Assembly: GCA_030324005.1 (NCBI GenBank)
Contig: JARDVH010000115.1
Coordinates: 40,690,026-40,754,025 of the forward strand
Length of the DNA stretch: 64,000 bases
From: Negaprion brevirostris
Taxonomy: Eukaryota
Direction: 5' to 3'
Made by a program: the position numbers and the translations under genes. The notes under the pieces were generated by a model that saw nothing but the letters and a program-made list of their open reading frames with translations, was not told the origin of the DNA and searched no databases. Below, one piece after another: positions 40,106 to 52,861 of the stretch (the stretch's first letter is position 1; every line of letters begins with the position of its first letter).

Positions 40106-42423
40106 GCTTTATCTTGGCTCTGCAAGTTTTACAGACCACCTCAGTTCGTCCCTGGGCCACTTGAAGGATGTACTTCTACTGGCTAAGAAAGAAAATATGC
40201 ATTGTTTGGAGTTTTGCCAATTTTTCAATAACAGTATAGAATTGCTTTGTGATACTTTCAGATTTGAATGTAAGTTCAACTGCAGCAGATTTTACTCCTT
40301 ACTATGTTTACTTTAAAACCATGGTGATTGATGGAGACTGAATCTGTGTTGCTGTGTAAGCAGCATGAATTCAATATGCTAAGCACCAGGATGTCTGATG
40401 TACTGAGTAGTATCCACAATCTGCTGATTTATACATTACGACCAGTACAAATGTGAGGAGTGACGCATGAACCACAATTAATTCAAAAAAAAGCAAGCAA
40501 GAAATGAGAAACATTTCCTCGATATCAAGACAGGAGAATATTCAAGGGAGGGTCTTAATGAATAAAAGTCAAAGTAACTTAAAGTTGAAATTAATCCTCG
40601 GTTTGCTAAAATGCATTGCTGCTGTCTTAGCTTGTATTTTACCAGTTACTGATAATACATTAGCTATTTGAAGTAAAATTAAGGGAAAGTAAAAATAGGG
40701 AATTAGCAGTAGAAAGTGAGAAAGAAATGTAAAAAATTACATTCTTGGAGCATTTAAAAAAAAAAGTTATTAAAACAGAGGTACACAGCTACCATCACAG
40801 CCTTATTTTGCCTGAAAGCTTAGATGCCCGTATCAAAGAAAGCAGTGTTTGCTTCAGCAGCAGTGTTTGCCATATCGGGTATCAGACAGAAATTCCTCAC
40901 TCGTTAATTCTTAANNNNNNNNNNNNNNNNNNNNNNNCTTGAGAATTTTTGTTTAACGGGGAAACTAAGCACGTTACAAAAGATTGGTTCAGCATTTCAA
41001 CTTCAGATATTTTGAGGCACTCCCTTGATATTCCAGCTGAAAGGAATGCAGGCTCTTTCATTATTTTAGGTTTGTTTACATCAAAGGCTGGGAGCCATCT
41101 TGGCTTGAGGCACTGCAAACACAATTAAACCATCAGGGTTACACTAGTTCCTGGTTGCATCACGTAGGCTTGAGTGCTTTATCAGCTTGAAATGGGCATT
41201 AATTTCTCCCTTTATCTTGCAGCATATATAATTAAAGTCAAATCCCTTTACACTGCTGCTTGTCATTCTAGTAGCTTATACCGACCCTCTGCTTTTGAAT
41301 TGCATCATGTGACCATCTGTGAGACAGTTCACTTGATTAATCTTTCATGAGAAGCAGGATGTGAAGCCACAGCTTTGACAGGGAAAGAATTAGAATTACT
41401 GAAGGCAAGGTCAGACCTGGGGCATTCATTGTCCACATTCTGGCCCACAGCCATCGCGCAGAAAAATTATTTGCATTACAGCTACTTGACTAGTCAGGGC
41501 AGTGTAGGGGAAAACTGCTGAATCATCATTACTTGACAATTAAGCAATCAGATGAGTGTGACATGGGTTCCTTTTTATTAGTTTTAGAATGTGAAATCTT
41601 CAGCGAAGGAAAATCATGTACTCTGACCTTTCCAAACAAGTCACTTGCTTTTCATGTGAACATTATTTTGTTACTTTATTTTTTAGTTTTTAAGTTAAAT
41701 TTGTCTCTTTTGGAGATGTACTGTACACCCATTATTATTTGTAAGGAGAGTATTGTTCTTTATTAGAGAGTCTGAACTTAGTTTATGAGAAAGCAAAAAG
41801 TAGTTGTAAGGAGATCTAACCACTTAAAGAAACAAAGCAAAATTGTAGCCCCAGGCAAGGTAGACTCTTTCATGTGAGTCATCTTCTATGACTGACGTTG
41901 GAGTTCCTCCCAGGAAATCAAAGGTGACAAAAGCCTGTGTAAACTCGTGCTCTGGCTGAACAAAGCTAAATTAAAGTGGAATTGCAAGATTTGTGCACTA
42001 ACCTTCTGTTTGGTGTGGAAGGGCTGCCTTGTAGCAGGTAATAAATGAGGCCTCCAATAGAGCCACATGACCTACGTTTTGACAAAAACATAAGAAAAAC
42101 CGATGTCCATGAGAATGAACTAGAGACGTTTCCCTTCCTTTTGAAAAGCCATTTTAAAACAATCAGTAAGATGCAATTTCAGAAAGTTTTGGATTGGTTA
42201 TTGTTGACCCCTTGCCCAAAGCACTATCTCGTGACTTGCTTGACATCATCACAAGGTATTACCCAGAGTAGAATGCTATTAACACATTTTATTTGTACTG
42301 AACTATTACCCTTTTTAAAAAAAAGTTCAGCATTTGAACATTTGCAGTCATCACCATCCCACTCAATAGCAACTGAACACTTGAGGGAGTACTTTGAGGA
42401 AGAAATTACAATCAATCTTGAGA

Positions 42424-42735
42424 TGTCAGCTGTGGCTCAGTAGTAGTATTCTCACCTTTTGAGTCAATAGTTCATAGTTTCAAGCCCCATTTCACCTGTT
42501 ATGCTAGCGTTTCAGTGCTGTGCAGCTGCTGGTGCCCTCTTTTAGATTAGGTGTAAAGCTGTACCATTATCGGCTCTCAGGTGAATTTAAATTATACTAA
42601 GTCAATATATGTCAAAGAACTTGCAGATTCCTGACTGTTTATCCCTCGGCGAACGCTGCTAGACACATTATATGGTCATCTCACTGTTGTTTGTGGGACC
42701 GTTTCGTGCAAACGATGGCTGCACATTTCCCTTTA
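42424..42735 (+). mobile_element. DeuSINE (SacSINE1-like) head and Deu domain; tail displaced to ~44082-44162
   Basis: gctgtggctcagtagtag (A-box)...ctctcaggtg...tttatccctc...gtttgtgggacc...atggctgcacatttccc; tail gttgtgaaaggagcaatttaaatgcaagtttt at ~44130. Confidence 0.6.
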
Positions 42736-42968
42736 GAAAGAAAAGTAACTCAGAAGACTGAAGGAATATTAACCTTCATTTCAAGGCAGGGTGAAAATTC
42801 TGCTGCAGTTGTATTCGGTTCTGGTTAGACATCGGGTGTATTGTGTTCAACCCTGGGTACTGCCCTTAGGAAAGGTATATTGGCCTTGAAGGATGCGCAA
42901 AGCAGATTTACCAGAATGATATTGTGACTAAAATAATTAAATTATGAGGGCAGGTTACATAGATTATG

Positions 42969-43205
42969 AAATAAAAACAGAGAATGCTGGAAAAATTCAG
43001 CAGGTCTGGCAGCATTTAGGGAGAGAGAAACCCTGAGTTCAATATGACTCTTCACATCTAGGTCTAGTTTTGAAAAAGAGTTCTATTGGACTCAAAGCAT
43101 TAATTCCTTTTCTCTCTTCACAAATGCTGCCAGACTTGTTGAGATTTTCCAGCCTTTCTGTTTTTATTTTAGATTTTCAGCATCCTCAGTAATTTGCTTT
43201 TATTG
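42969..43205. mobile_element. Penelope-like inverted-repeat (hairpin) element
   Basis: Left arm aaataaaaacagagaatgctggaaaaattcagcaggtctggcagcattt...gagagaaa (42969-43030) pairs with right arm 43109-43169; inner arms ~43035-43054 and ~43071-43093. Confidence 0.7.
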
Positions 43206-43401
43206 TTTAAACAATCTTGAATTCTGTTGAACATAAAAGATTATGGGGTTGGTGGTCTGTGGACTGTCTGTGCTGTTGTGTGCTCTGTCTGGGGCTGGAG
43301 CTCTCTGTTCGCCTGGCGGGGTGGTGGGGGGGCTTGTGAGTTTGCTATCAAGTGGATCGGTTGGACTTGACCTGGTGTTGTCAGATTTCTTACTGTGTTT
43401 C

Positions 43402-43740
43402 ACACAAGATAGAGGATGGTGGTGGAGGGAAAATTTTCAGACTGGAGGCCAGTTACCAGTGGTGTACCATTGCGATCAGTGCTGGGTCTTCTGCTATTTG
43501 TGATTGTTATCAATGACTTGGAAGAGGGGGCNNNNNNNNNNNNNNNNNNNNNNNNNNNNNNNNNNNNNNNNNNNNNNNNNNNNNNNNNNNNNNNNNNNNN
43601 NNNNNNNNNNNNNNNNNNNNNNNNNNNNNNNGAGCACACCAGAATGATAGGGAGTGGGATAGCTTGATCTTGGGTTTGGACATAGCTCGGCATAACATTG
43701 AGGGCCGAAGGGCCTGTACTGTGCTGTTATGTCCTATGTA
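43402..43740 (+). mobile_element. Younger 5'-truncated CR1 LINE spanning an N gap
   Basis: [38 protein letters not shown] (RT motif); tail gagggccgaagggcctgtactgtgctg. Confidence 0.85.
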
Positions 43741-44943
43741 TATAATTGAGATATTTAAGATGATTAAAGCATTTAATGGGGTAAAGCGAAACTATTTTCC
43801 AATGTGAAATCCAAAACAAGCAGCATAACCTTAATATTGGAGCTTTATCTGTTAAAGGTAAAATTAGGAAGCATTATTTCATACAGAGTATTGGAAATCT
43901 GAAATCCACTCCCTCAAAAAGCATTCAAGACAAGGGTAGTTAACATTTCAAAGCTGAGTTTTAGATTTATGGTAGGCAGGTCTTAAGGATTTTGCAACAG
44001 GGGCAGAATAGTTCAAGCATGATCTAATCGAATGGCAGCTTGGATTCAAGGGGCTGAATGGCCTTTTTTTTGTTTCTAATTTACAACAATTTCAAAAGAA
44101 TTTTATTTGTCCATTGGAATGTCTTGAAGTTGTGAAAGGAGCAATTTAAATGCAAGTTTTTCATTTTTAATTTATGAAATGTTTAGCAGAAAATGGAATG
44201 ACACTGCAAACTGGAGTACTTCATCTTAAAGTTTACTAAGTGTGCAAAAACAGTTGTCAATATTTTTTGCCTGAAAATTTTATTTTATCTTTTTCTGATA
44301 TCAAATGGTAATGGTATTAAGATGAAGATTGTGTCAATTCTGAACCGGTAAAGTTGAAGTGCCCATCAACTTTTTGCTATTTTGATAAAAATATGTCTTG
44401 TGAGTACCAGCCTTCAAAAGAAATGGAATGGTTGGCAAATGAGTTGTTAAACCAACAAGAATAGTCATTAATAAGAACTTCTGAAATTCTATTAAGTCTT
44501 TGTTTCCCTGGTATTTTCTACTGAAGTTGCTAATTGATGCCTGGGCACGATTCCACAGGCATTGCTCAGCCTCCAGTACCTTGCTCAAGGACCTAATCAT
44601 CACATGTGAGCTGATGTAATGTTAGCCAATCATGAGGTGGATTTATAGCTGAGTGTTTTTCTTACATTAACCTAAGGAGTAGCGATTGAAATCCTGACCA
44701 ACTTTTCCCTTTCATACCCTGATTTGCAGAGGGCAATTATAGCATCCTATTTCCATTTGTTAATTCAGCATAGGCCAGGAATTTAAGTTAGGATGTTGTA
44801 TTGTTCAGCCACACCATACCATTATCAGCCAAGGTGATGGTATTATTGGAGAGTTGAAAGTGAGAATGGCATTCAGTTCTTAGGTTACCCTTGTTTAGAA
44901 TGCGTATGGGTTTATAGTAGTGAAAAAGTTTTAAATGTATTAC

Positions 44944-45105
44944 AAACATACAAAATAGGAGCAGGAATAGGCCATTTGGCTCCTTGAGCCTGTTCCACCA
45001 TTTGAAAAGACCATTGGCTATCTGATTGTGAGCTCTACTTTCCTGTCCACCCCCCTCCTCCATATCCCTAGATTCTTGACTGGCAACGGAGTCAATCTAA
45101 CCTAT
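44944..45105 (-). mobile_element. CR1 3' tail fragment
   Basis: aggagcaggaataggccatttggctccttgagcctgttccaccatt. Confidence 0.7.
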
Positions 45106-47990
45106 TTATACATACAAATGGAAGTTGTGAAAAGCATTAAATAAATGCAAATCTTTCTTTATAACAGGGTTATTATTACAGTTCGATGCAACCACGTACT
45201 TTATATTACAGACATTTGCATACTTGTTTTTATTTTTGTTTGTTTCTTATGAATAATTACACTAACACTTAGTCATGTATTGCCAGGTGTTTCAAAGCCT
45301 CCAGGCGATGATCTTTCACTGCTTTGAAGTTAAGACTCAGCAACAAAATTCTCAGTGTATCATTGTTTCCTGTTACAGATGCCAGTAAACCAACGTTGAG
45401 TGTGTATACTTGAAAGTCATTTTGTTTAAGCCACAGGACCTCATAACGTTAGTGATAACATAATAAGTAGTTGCTGCATCTAACTGTAGACACTTGATAG
45501 TTTACAGATATGGTTTTTTAAAAAAAGTATTTAATTATTTTGAGATAAACAGATGATGCAGATTGTGAATTCCTTTGTTCAAAGCTTCGTTCATTTTGAA
45601 GATTGTTTTTAAGTCACAGAAATCGAGACTGAAAAGTGTGAAATTTATGTAGTTGTGGAGCTCCCCAAGCCAATTCTTGTCAAGTGTCGAGTTGAAAGGA
45701 GAGTATAGGTCAGCAGTATGAGTGTACAGAGAATATTTTCCTTCTATTTCCTCATCTTCACTATTGAAAACAACAATATTTTAAAAACAATTACCCACCT
45801 GGTTCAATTTTTAAAAAATGACAGTTTCACTAAAGAGAAATGCTTATGAAATAATAATCAGATTTTGTTAGTTTTATGGCAAGTAACCCCTTGTGTGGTA
45901 GTTTATTTTCTTTTGTTTGAGACAGACCTTGTATATGGCTATTATTTACATTGTGACACTTTATCTGTTAATTCTCTGTTAGGTACAGGTTCTTATTAAG
46001 TGACTCACTTTTGTTTCATTCTTAATTTGATAGATGTCACAATTCCATGTATATTGTATATATTTTTACTGTTTTCCTCTTCCTTTTGTAAAAGCTCCAG
46101 GAGGAATTCTGTGACTGTTCAAAACACATGACCAGAAAAGAATGTTCTGGATGAATGTATCACAGGAATTTTAAATGTATTTGACAGCTAGCTGAATTAT
46201 AATTCGGCTTTTCCACATGTTAAAATCTTGCTTAGTTGCGTCTATTCAAGCTGAGTGTATTATACATGCTCGAGTGGCCATTTATTGAATGGAGGAGGAG
46301 GGTGTTTGCTGGGAGAGGTTTGAATGTCAGTGTGATGGGAGAGCATAAATGAAGGAGGCTGAAATATCAGCTCTCTGATGTTTCTGTGGCTGGTCATCAA
46401 CCTGAAGAATCTCAGCTGTTCCTACTCGTGTAAATCATGGGTATGGTTGCCTAGATACAGATGCATTTGATTAGCTTGTTCTTCCCTTGAGATTCTGCAC
46501 CACCCTATTAATGGAAGACAGCAGCATTAGAAAGTGAGAAAAATGGCCCCCCATAAATGTATTTTTGTCTGCACTGAAGCTGCAACAAGAATGAAAAACA
46601 TTGATGTGCACCCCCAGGCTGTCTTTATTATTCTAGAGCTGACATTGAGCGTAAACAGAGGATGACTCATCAGTCAGACAACAAATGTCACTGTCAGGCG
46701 TTATCTTTAACTGAGAATTCTAAACACCCACTTGTCATCTGCTGCACGTACAGATCTATGAATTCGTTATCCTTCACCCTTGCATGGGGTGACCTGAGCC
46801 CAACAGGAGAATTGTTAAAAAAGAATGCAGATTTATTGTGGAGTAATTGCTGGCTGGTTTGAGGAAGAGGAAAATCTTTTTAGGTAAATCATGATCATCT
46901 GCACTAGGGGAGCACAATTTGCTTTGTAATGGAAAAATGTGCGGGAGTAGTGTGCACCACTGGTATGCTTGTGGGACTGTGTAAACATGGAACACATGAA
47001 TTACTGCAGCAGCTTTCATAATTTACACATTTTCTTCAAATAAAATGATCTTTGGTAACCTTCTGATTCCAGCTGCCTTTATTAAAAGAAAATGAAAAAA
47101 CTGTGGAACAAAAGCTATGAGAGTTCAGTCCTTTGGGAGGCGAGATAGCTTTTTAAAACTGATAAAATAGCCAAAAAGTGTCCTGTTGTTAATTATGCAA
47201 TGATGGGAATGCATTCAATTGTACGTGATCATGTTAAGCATTGCAGTAAAACATACAAAGGAAATAAATTTTTATAAGATGCAAGTAAGAAAATAATACA
47301 CCTATATAATTGGATTCTGTCCTGGAAAAAAAGTGCATGTCTTCGAATTATCAAGCTACTTAAAAAAAAAACTATTATCTTGCAATTTTATACTCTTAAC
47401 ACTTTCCTCTCTATTTATGCTTCTCCTCAGTCTGAAGGAGTAAATAGTTCACTTGTTTCCAGGCTTTAGTCTCTCTTGAGATGGAGCTTGGCAGCACAGA
47501 AGAGGTGGCTTACTCTCACTAGCTAGTTACCCCAAGCAGTATATTCCATAGCATAAAGTCGTGTGTAAATCCATGTCAAACAATAACATATTGGCTTTGA
47601 AAATCCACGGGGCTGCTTCCTGGCACAAATGTCAGGATGTTCCCACCCATGACTATCATAATTGACCCCCAAGGTAATTTAAATTCTGTCATTTATTTCT
47701 CCCTGCGACCGGAAAAGAGAAATTGGAATATAAATCCATTGTGGGTATTAGTCTAAAGCTGGTGCTAGTAATTATCAGCCTGTTTTATTCTATTTTTCTC
47801 TTTTCAGTTCAGAATGTAGTTGCTCAAAAATATCCAGCCCATATCCTAGATCATTTGCCTTCAATTTTCAAGTTGTTCAGACTTTGTTGCTTTTAAAAAT
47901 TTTTTTCCAGATCACATCCTAATTCCATGTTTCCTGAAACAGCAGAAATGGGAAACTTATGCTATACCACCAGTTGCCTATTCACTCACT

Positions 47991-48121
47991 GGGTGGAATT
48001 TTCTGACCCCATCATGGCAGGGTGGCGCCAAGGTCGGAAAATGCAGCAAGGCATTCAAACGTTCATTCAGTCCAGCGGAACTTGAAGATCCTGCTGGCAG
48101 GAGAGGCTGGAAAATTCTGGC
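47991..48121. mobile_element. Small MITE-like element with imperfect TIRs
   Basis: gggtggaattttc ... gaaaattctggc flanking a GC-richer interior. Confidence 0.45.
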
Positions 48122-50084
48122 TAGCTACGTCTTTCAACAGGGATTACTTATCAGTGACTGTAAAAAAAAAAAAGGCAAGGTGTTATGAATGTGTTTACAT
48201 CATACCTTTTGGATACTGGAGTTGTGTACTGAAATCTTTTTCCATGGTCATTACTGCCTTTGTTCTTTGTTCTTGAGCTTCAGCCCTGTCTGTTTATTCA
48301 AGTACCTCACTATGTCAGCCCCCGATGACATTGTTCAAGGAAGAACATTTCTTTCATGTCTCCATTGCTGAATATGAAACAAACTCAACATTTTGCCACA
48401 TCTCAGGTTCCCTTTTCACAATGCTATAAAATCTTGACAACCCAACACTGTTGCTGTCAAATCCCAAAATTGTATCTCCTGTGCCACCAAAGCTGAATAT
48501 CCCTGTCCCCAGCACTGCTGAATACCAGACACCTATNNNNNNNNNNNNNNNNNNNNNNNNNNNNNNNNNNNNNNNNNNNNNNNNNNNNNNNNNNNNNNNN
48601 NNNNNNNNNNNNNNNNNNNNNNNNNNNNNNNNNNNNACCTATTCATAGCCATGCCTTTCTTGCATACCCTCCTGTTTTTTATTCTCAGTTTCACAATGAA
48701 ATGCGTAGGTAAAGGATGATGGATATAAAAAATAAAAATCCTTGAATCCTAAATAATACTAATAGAATTTGATTTGTTACTGTAGGTAAATTGTGCATTA
48801 TACACAACATTATTCCCGTTTCAAGACCGTGCACTACATGATTCATTGGGTTAAATTTCAAAATGGCCATGGAGTTGAGACTGGTGGTAGAAGGGCCCAA
48901 GGTTTTTCGTCACCACTCAGCATGCTGGTTTTTGCCATCATCCTGCCTCTGGGTCATTTTCATTCTGGGAAGACTGGAGGCAGGGGGCAGTGATAGTAAG
49001 TGGACCCCAACGTGGCCCAAGGCCTAAGGAGACCAGTGTTCCATCCACCTAGAAAATCCCCAAATCCATCAAAGTTGTTGGACCGTAGCTGCTGCCGCTG
49101 GCTGGCAACTTTGACCTTTTTCTAATGCTTAAAATATTTTCATTCACTGTTGAGGCACCTTCTCCCTCCCTCCCTCTCTCTGTCTCTCTTTCCACCCAGA
49201 TCAGCGGATGGGAGGAGTGCTGACTTGTGAGGCCCAAAGGATCTCCTGTTGGCCCTCCAGCCTCGGGGAGCCCTGCCTCCAGCCTTATTTGGACAGCGAG
49301 AGTACACTCTGGCCACTAATTGACCTTTATTTAAAAATCATTTTGAATGTTGGGCACTGATGTGATGGAAGATCAGGATACTGGACCTTCACCTGATCGC
49401 AGGGTCTTGACTTCGGAGCGAAAATTCAGCCCAATATGAGTAACACTGAGTGATCTTGTTGCATTTAAAAATGGAACTATGAAATAAGGATTGTTTGAGG
49501 CTGCATTCAATCTCTTTTCTGCTCAGGTTTTATAAACCTTTCAAATTCTGCTCTTGTGGTTTATGACATCACCATAACTGCTCAGTTGAATTACTCCCAA
49601 CCATCTGTTATAACAGTGATTGTCCATTCCAGTCTTGTTTAAACTAATTTCTTGTAGTGTTGCTCGTCGGTAGTTTGAGTTCACTGTTTTATGTATGTTA
49701 TCTGTACAGAGCTAACGTTGCCATTTTATTTCTCAACAAATTGCAGTTATCCCTTGAGAGCTTCTTTTATGTCTGAGCAAGCTTAGAGAATTTAACTTAA
49801 TTCTNNNNNNNNNNNNNNNNNNNNNNNNNNNNNNNNNNNNNNNNNNNNNNNNNNNNNNNNNNNNNNNNNNNNNNNNNNNNNNNNNNNNNNNNNNNNNNNN
49901 NNNNAGGATGTGGTCATTACTGATAGGGCTGGAAATCTTAATTGTCCTGGGAAGATGACGGCAGGTCCTGTTGTTCAAGTGCTGTCTCTGGTGGTTTGAT
50001 ACAACTGTGCACCTTGCTAAGTCATGCTTCAGAGGCCTTACTGTGGTACCGTTGTCACACAGAATGGCAATTTTTATTTTCTCT

Positions 50085-50290
50085 CCCTAAAGGATATCAA
50101 TTAACTAGCTGGGTTTTTAAGATCATTCTCATAGCCACTTTTGATACCAGTTTTGTATTTCCAATTTTTTTTTAAATTGAAGTCAAATTGTTAAACAACA
50201 GTGGTAGGATTTGAACTCCTGTTCAGTGGATTATTGAACCAGGCCTGTAAATAACCAGGTCAGTAACGTAATCATTACACCGTCATGTCC
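50085..50290 (-). mobile_element. Degenerate MetaSINE-family head fragment
   Basis: Minus strand acggtgtaatgattacgttactgacc...ggagttcaaatcctacc...aatttgacttc, homologous to the heads at 28773 and 29602. Confidence 0.5.
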
Positions 50291-51199
50291 AATTTCTGAT
50301 ACTTAAGGATTGACTTTAGGCTGAAGTCCGACAGGTTTCTGGGTGGTAATTGTGGAACACTACTTCACTTTGTGTGTCCTTAGAGGAACATATTTTTACG
50401 TTCCAGTCAGCAGTTTTGGGATCCATGTCGGAGAGTTGCTTTATCATCTCCCCAAGTCTGTATGTTTCTCCCTAACTTTCTTAGTGCCTCAAATTTTTCC
50501 TTTTCTGTTTATATCTTACTGTCTCTCTGTTTCTGTTTTTCTTTTGTTTTGCTTTTTATTTCATCTGTGCCTATTTGACCTTGCCTTCCTCTGCTCTATT
50601 CTTGTCTTCTTTACCAACTTTATCTTTTTGTGTTTTTTCTCTTCCTTTTTCTGTTACTTTTTCTCTAATTATTTTTCTTAATTTCTTGCAGCAGAGTGTT
50701 TTCTCTGGAGGAGAAAAATGAGGTTGAAGAACAGCATTGTGAAATGGTCTCCTGTATACAGTGGAACTTGGAATAGGAAAAGCAATTGGAGCTGAGGCTG
50801 ATGGAGGCATTGGAATGGAAAATAATTCCCAAGAGTGTGGCCAGGAAGAAGTAAAACATGTTTAGTGATGTGACATGAGTTGAAAGAGTAAGAGAGATAA
50901 AGTTCACAAAATTAATGAAGCTACAGAGTAGATTCCATAAGAACAGGAGAGGTCACTCAGCCCTTGAGCCTGTTCCATTGATTCAGATCTACTTGATCAA
51001 GTGGTACAGTTGTGAGTTCAAGTAGGTGCCAGAAAATTGAGTGGTAATTCTTGATATAAGCATTTCCCATTATAATCTTTTATGTAAGAGTGTGACCAGA
51101 AGACATGACATTTGGAAATAAAGGTTTTGAATACAAAATATGTAGCTTACATGAGACAGTTAATGTATTATACGTGGGCTCAGACTTTGAGGTTGCAAA

Positions 51200-51500
51200 G
51201 ATGGTGAGACTGTCAGTGTTCACTGTCATTACAACTGTAAAGGTGACAGAAATTTCTTGCATCCACATACGTGAAACACAGAAGCCCAGAAGGTGTTTCA
51301 GTGATTCCATGCGCATCCATGGGTGTGCTGTTGAAGTTCCCACATATAGGGCAGAATTTGATAGTTCCGTGTTGGCAGGTTTGCAAGTGCTGGGGGAGAG
51401 TCGTAACATTTTTCCTGGAGGCCTTCACGCCACGACCTGTCCACAATCTTAGAGGGGGTTTGCCCAGTTGAGGCCCTTAAGAGCTTCTTCTTGTCGAGCC
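51200..51500 (-). mobile_element. L1/Tx1-group LINE C-terminal zinc-knuckle remnant
   Basis: Frameshifted CPICG...MESLKHLLGFC..SRMW across two minus-strand ORFs. Confidence 0.45.
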
Positions 51501-52340
51501 TCAATATTTAGGCTAGTGAGAGCAGTTCAGGAATAGCGGGGAGGGGGGAACCTGGTAGGTTAACTGGGCTGTGAATGGGGGAGTAGGGGTGGAACCTTCC
51601 ACAATGGCCCGTTTCTACATTCACCTGGCCCGGAGACCAGGACTGCTTGTAATCCCAGTTCTGGCCAGTATTGATACTGGTACTGCTGGGACTACAGATC
51701 CGCTGCCCAATCAGATTGGCCAAGGAAGCAGTGGCAGTCCCATCTTAAGCCAATTAATGCTTCTGGGAACATTAAATGGCTGCAGGGTTGCCATGCACCA
51801 ATGATTCTTTGGGTGATGGAGTAAGAAACCACAGCACCCAAAAAAGGCCTACTTGTATAGATCTTCCAAAATCAGTTCATGATGTAAGTTTTACTATAAC
51901 ATCATTGATTGTTATGTTGTCATGGATGGATGGATGGAATGAGGTGTAACTGGGTTTGCGATAATGTACTAAGTTCATAGCTGCTGCTGAACAACCATCC
52001 TGGCCTTGAGAAACTAATTTTGTATTTCTGGTTTATCAATTTTTCCAGTACAATGAAAATTCCATACGTTTTTAACTTAATACTTTTGAAGATTATTCAT
52101 ATTTCATTCTTTATATAATAATTACAATTGAGCTTAATAAAATTATTGTATTTTGTGGCTGTAACTTGAAGTTTAGGGTAAATGAAGGGGGGATTCATGT
52201 GACTGTTCTGAACTCTGCCCGATAGTTGGCCTAGGTGGTTTGATTGTTAGAGATCAAAGGAAGGCTGATGTTGTTTGCTGAGAAGAAAATGCAAGGCATT
52301 CAGAGGGGATTGGGGAGAAGGGTCCAACGATCAGTGGACG

Positions 52341-52548
52341 AACATAAGAAATAAGAGCAGGAGTAGGCCATCTAGCCCTTCGAGCCTGCCCCGCTATTCA
52401 ATAAGATCATGGCTAATCTGAAGTGGATTTCCCACTTTCCCACTTTCTCCCCATAACCCTTAATTCCCTTTTCTGTCAAAAACCTATCTACCCGTGACTT
52501 AAATATATTTAGCGAGGTAGCCTCCACCACTTCAACAGGCAGAGAATT
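52341..52548 (-). mobile_element. CR1 LINE 3' end running into a gap
   Basis: NSLPVEVVEATSLNIFKSRVDRFLTEKGIKGYG; tail cataagaaataagagcaggagtaggccat on +. Confidence 0.85.
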
Positions 52549-52742
52549 NNNNNNNNNNNNNNNNNNNNNNNNNNNNNNNNNNNNNNNNNNNNNNNNNNNN
52601 NNNNNNNNNNNNNNNNNNNNNNNNNNNNNNNNNNNNNNNNNNNNNNNNNNNNNNNNNNNNNNNNNNNNNNNNNNNNNNNNNNNNNNNNNNNNNNNNNNNN
52701 NNNNNNNNNNNNNNNNNNNNNNNNNNNNNNNNNNNNNNNNNN

Positions 52743-52861
52743 AATGCAGGAGGCCATTTGGCTCATCATGTCTGCACCGACTCTCCAAAAATCATCGCAC
52801 CCAAGGCCTGGGTCCCGGGCTCTGTGAGACAACAGTTAACCACTGTGCCACCATACTGCCC
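52743..52861 (-). mobile_element. Internally deleted HE1-like SINE
   Basis: Minus strand: head gggcagtatggtggcacagtggttaac...gggacc joined directly to tail gagagtcggtgcagacatgatgagccaaatggcctcc. Confidence 0.6.

Larger units (their letters stand above)
42750..44078 (+). mobile_element. Old CR1 LINE 3' region, split by later insertions
   Basis: ctgcagttgtattcggttctggttagac...ggatgcgcaaagcagatttaccagaatgat (42800-42920); resumes ~43745 through gatctaatcgaatggcagcttggattcaaggggctgaatggcct. Confidence 0.65.

Noticed and set aside
50343-50681. Hydrophobic 112-aa ORF resembling a membrane protein
   Set aside because: F/L/S richness is a by-product of the polypyrimidine tract
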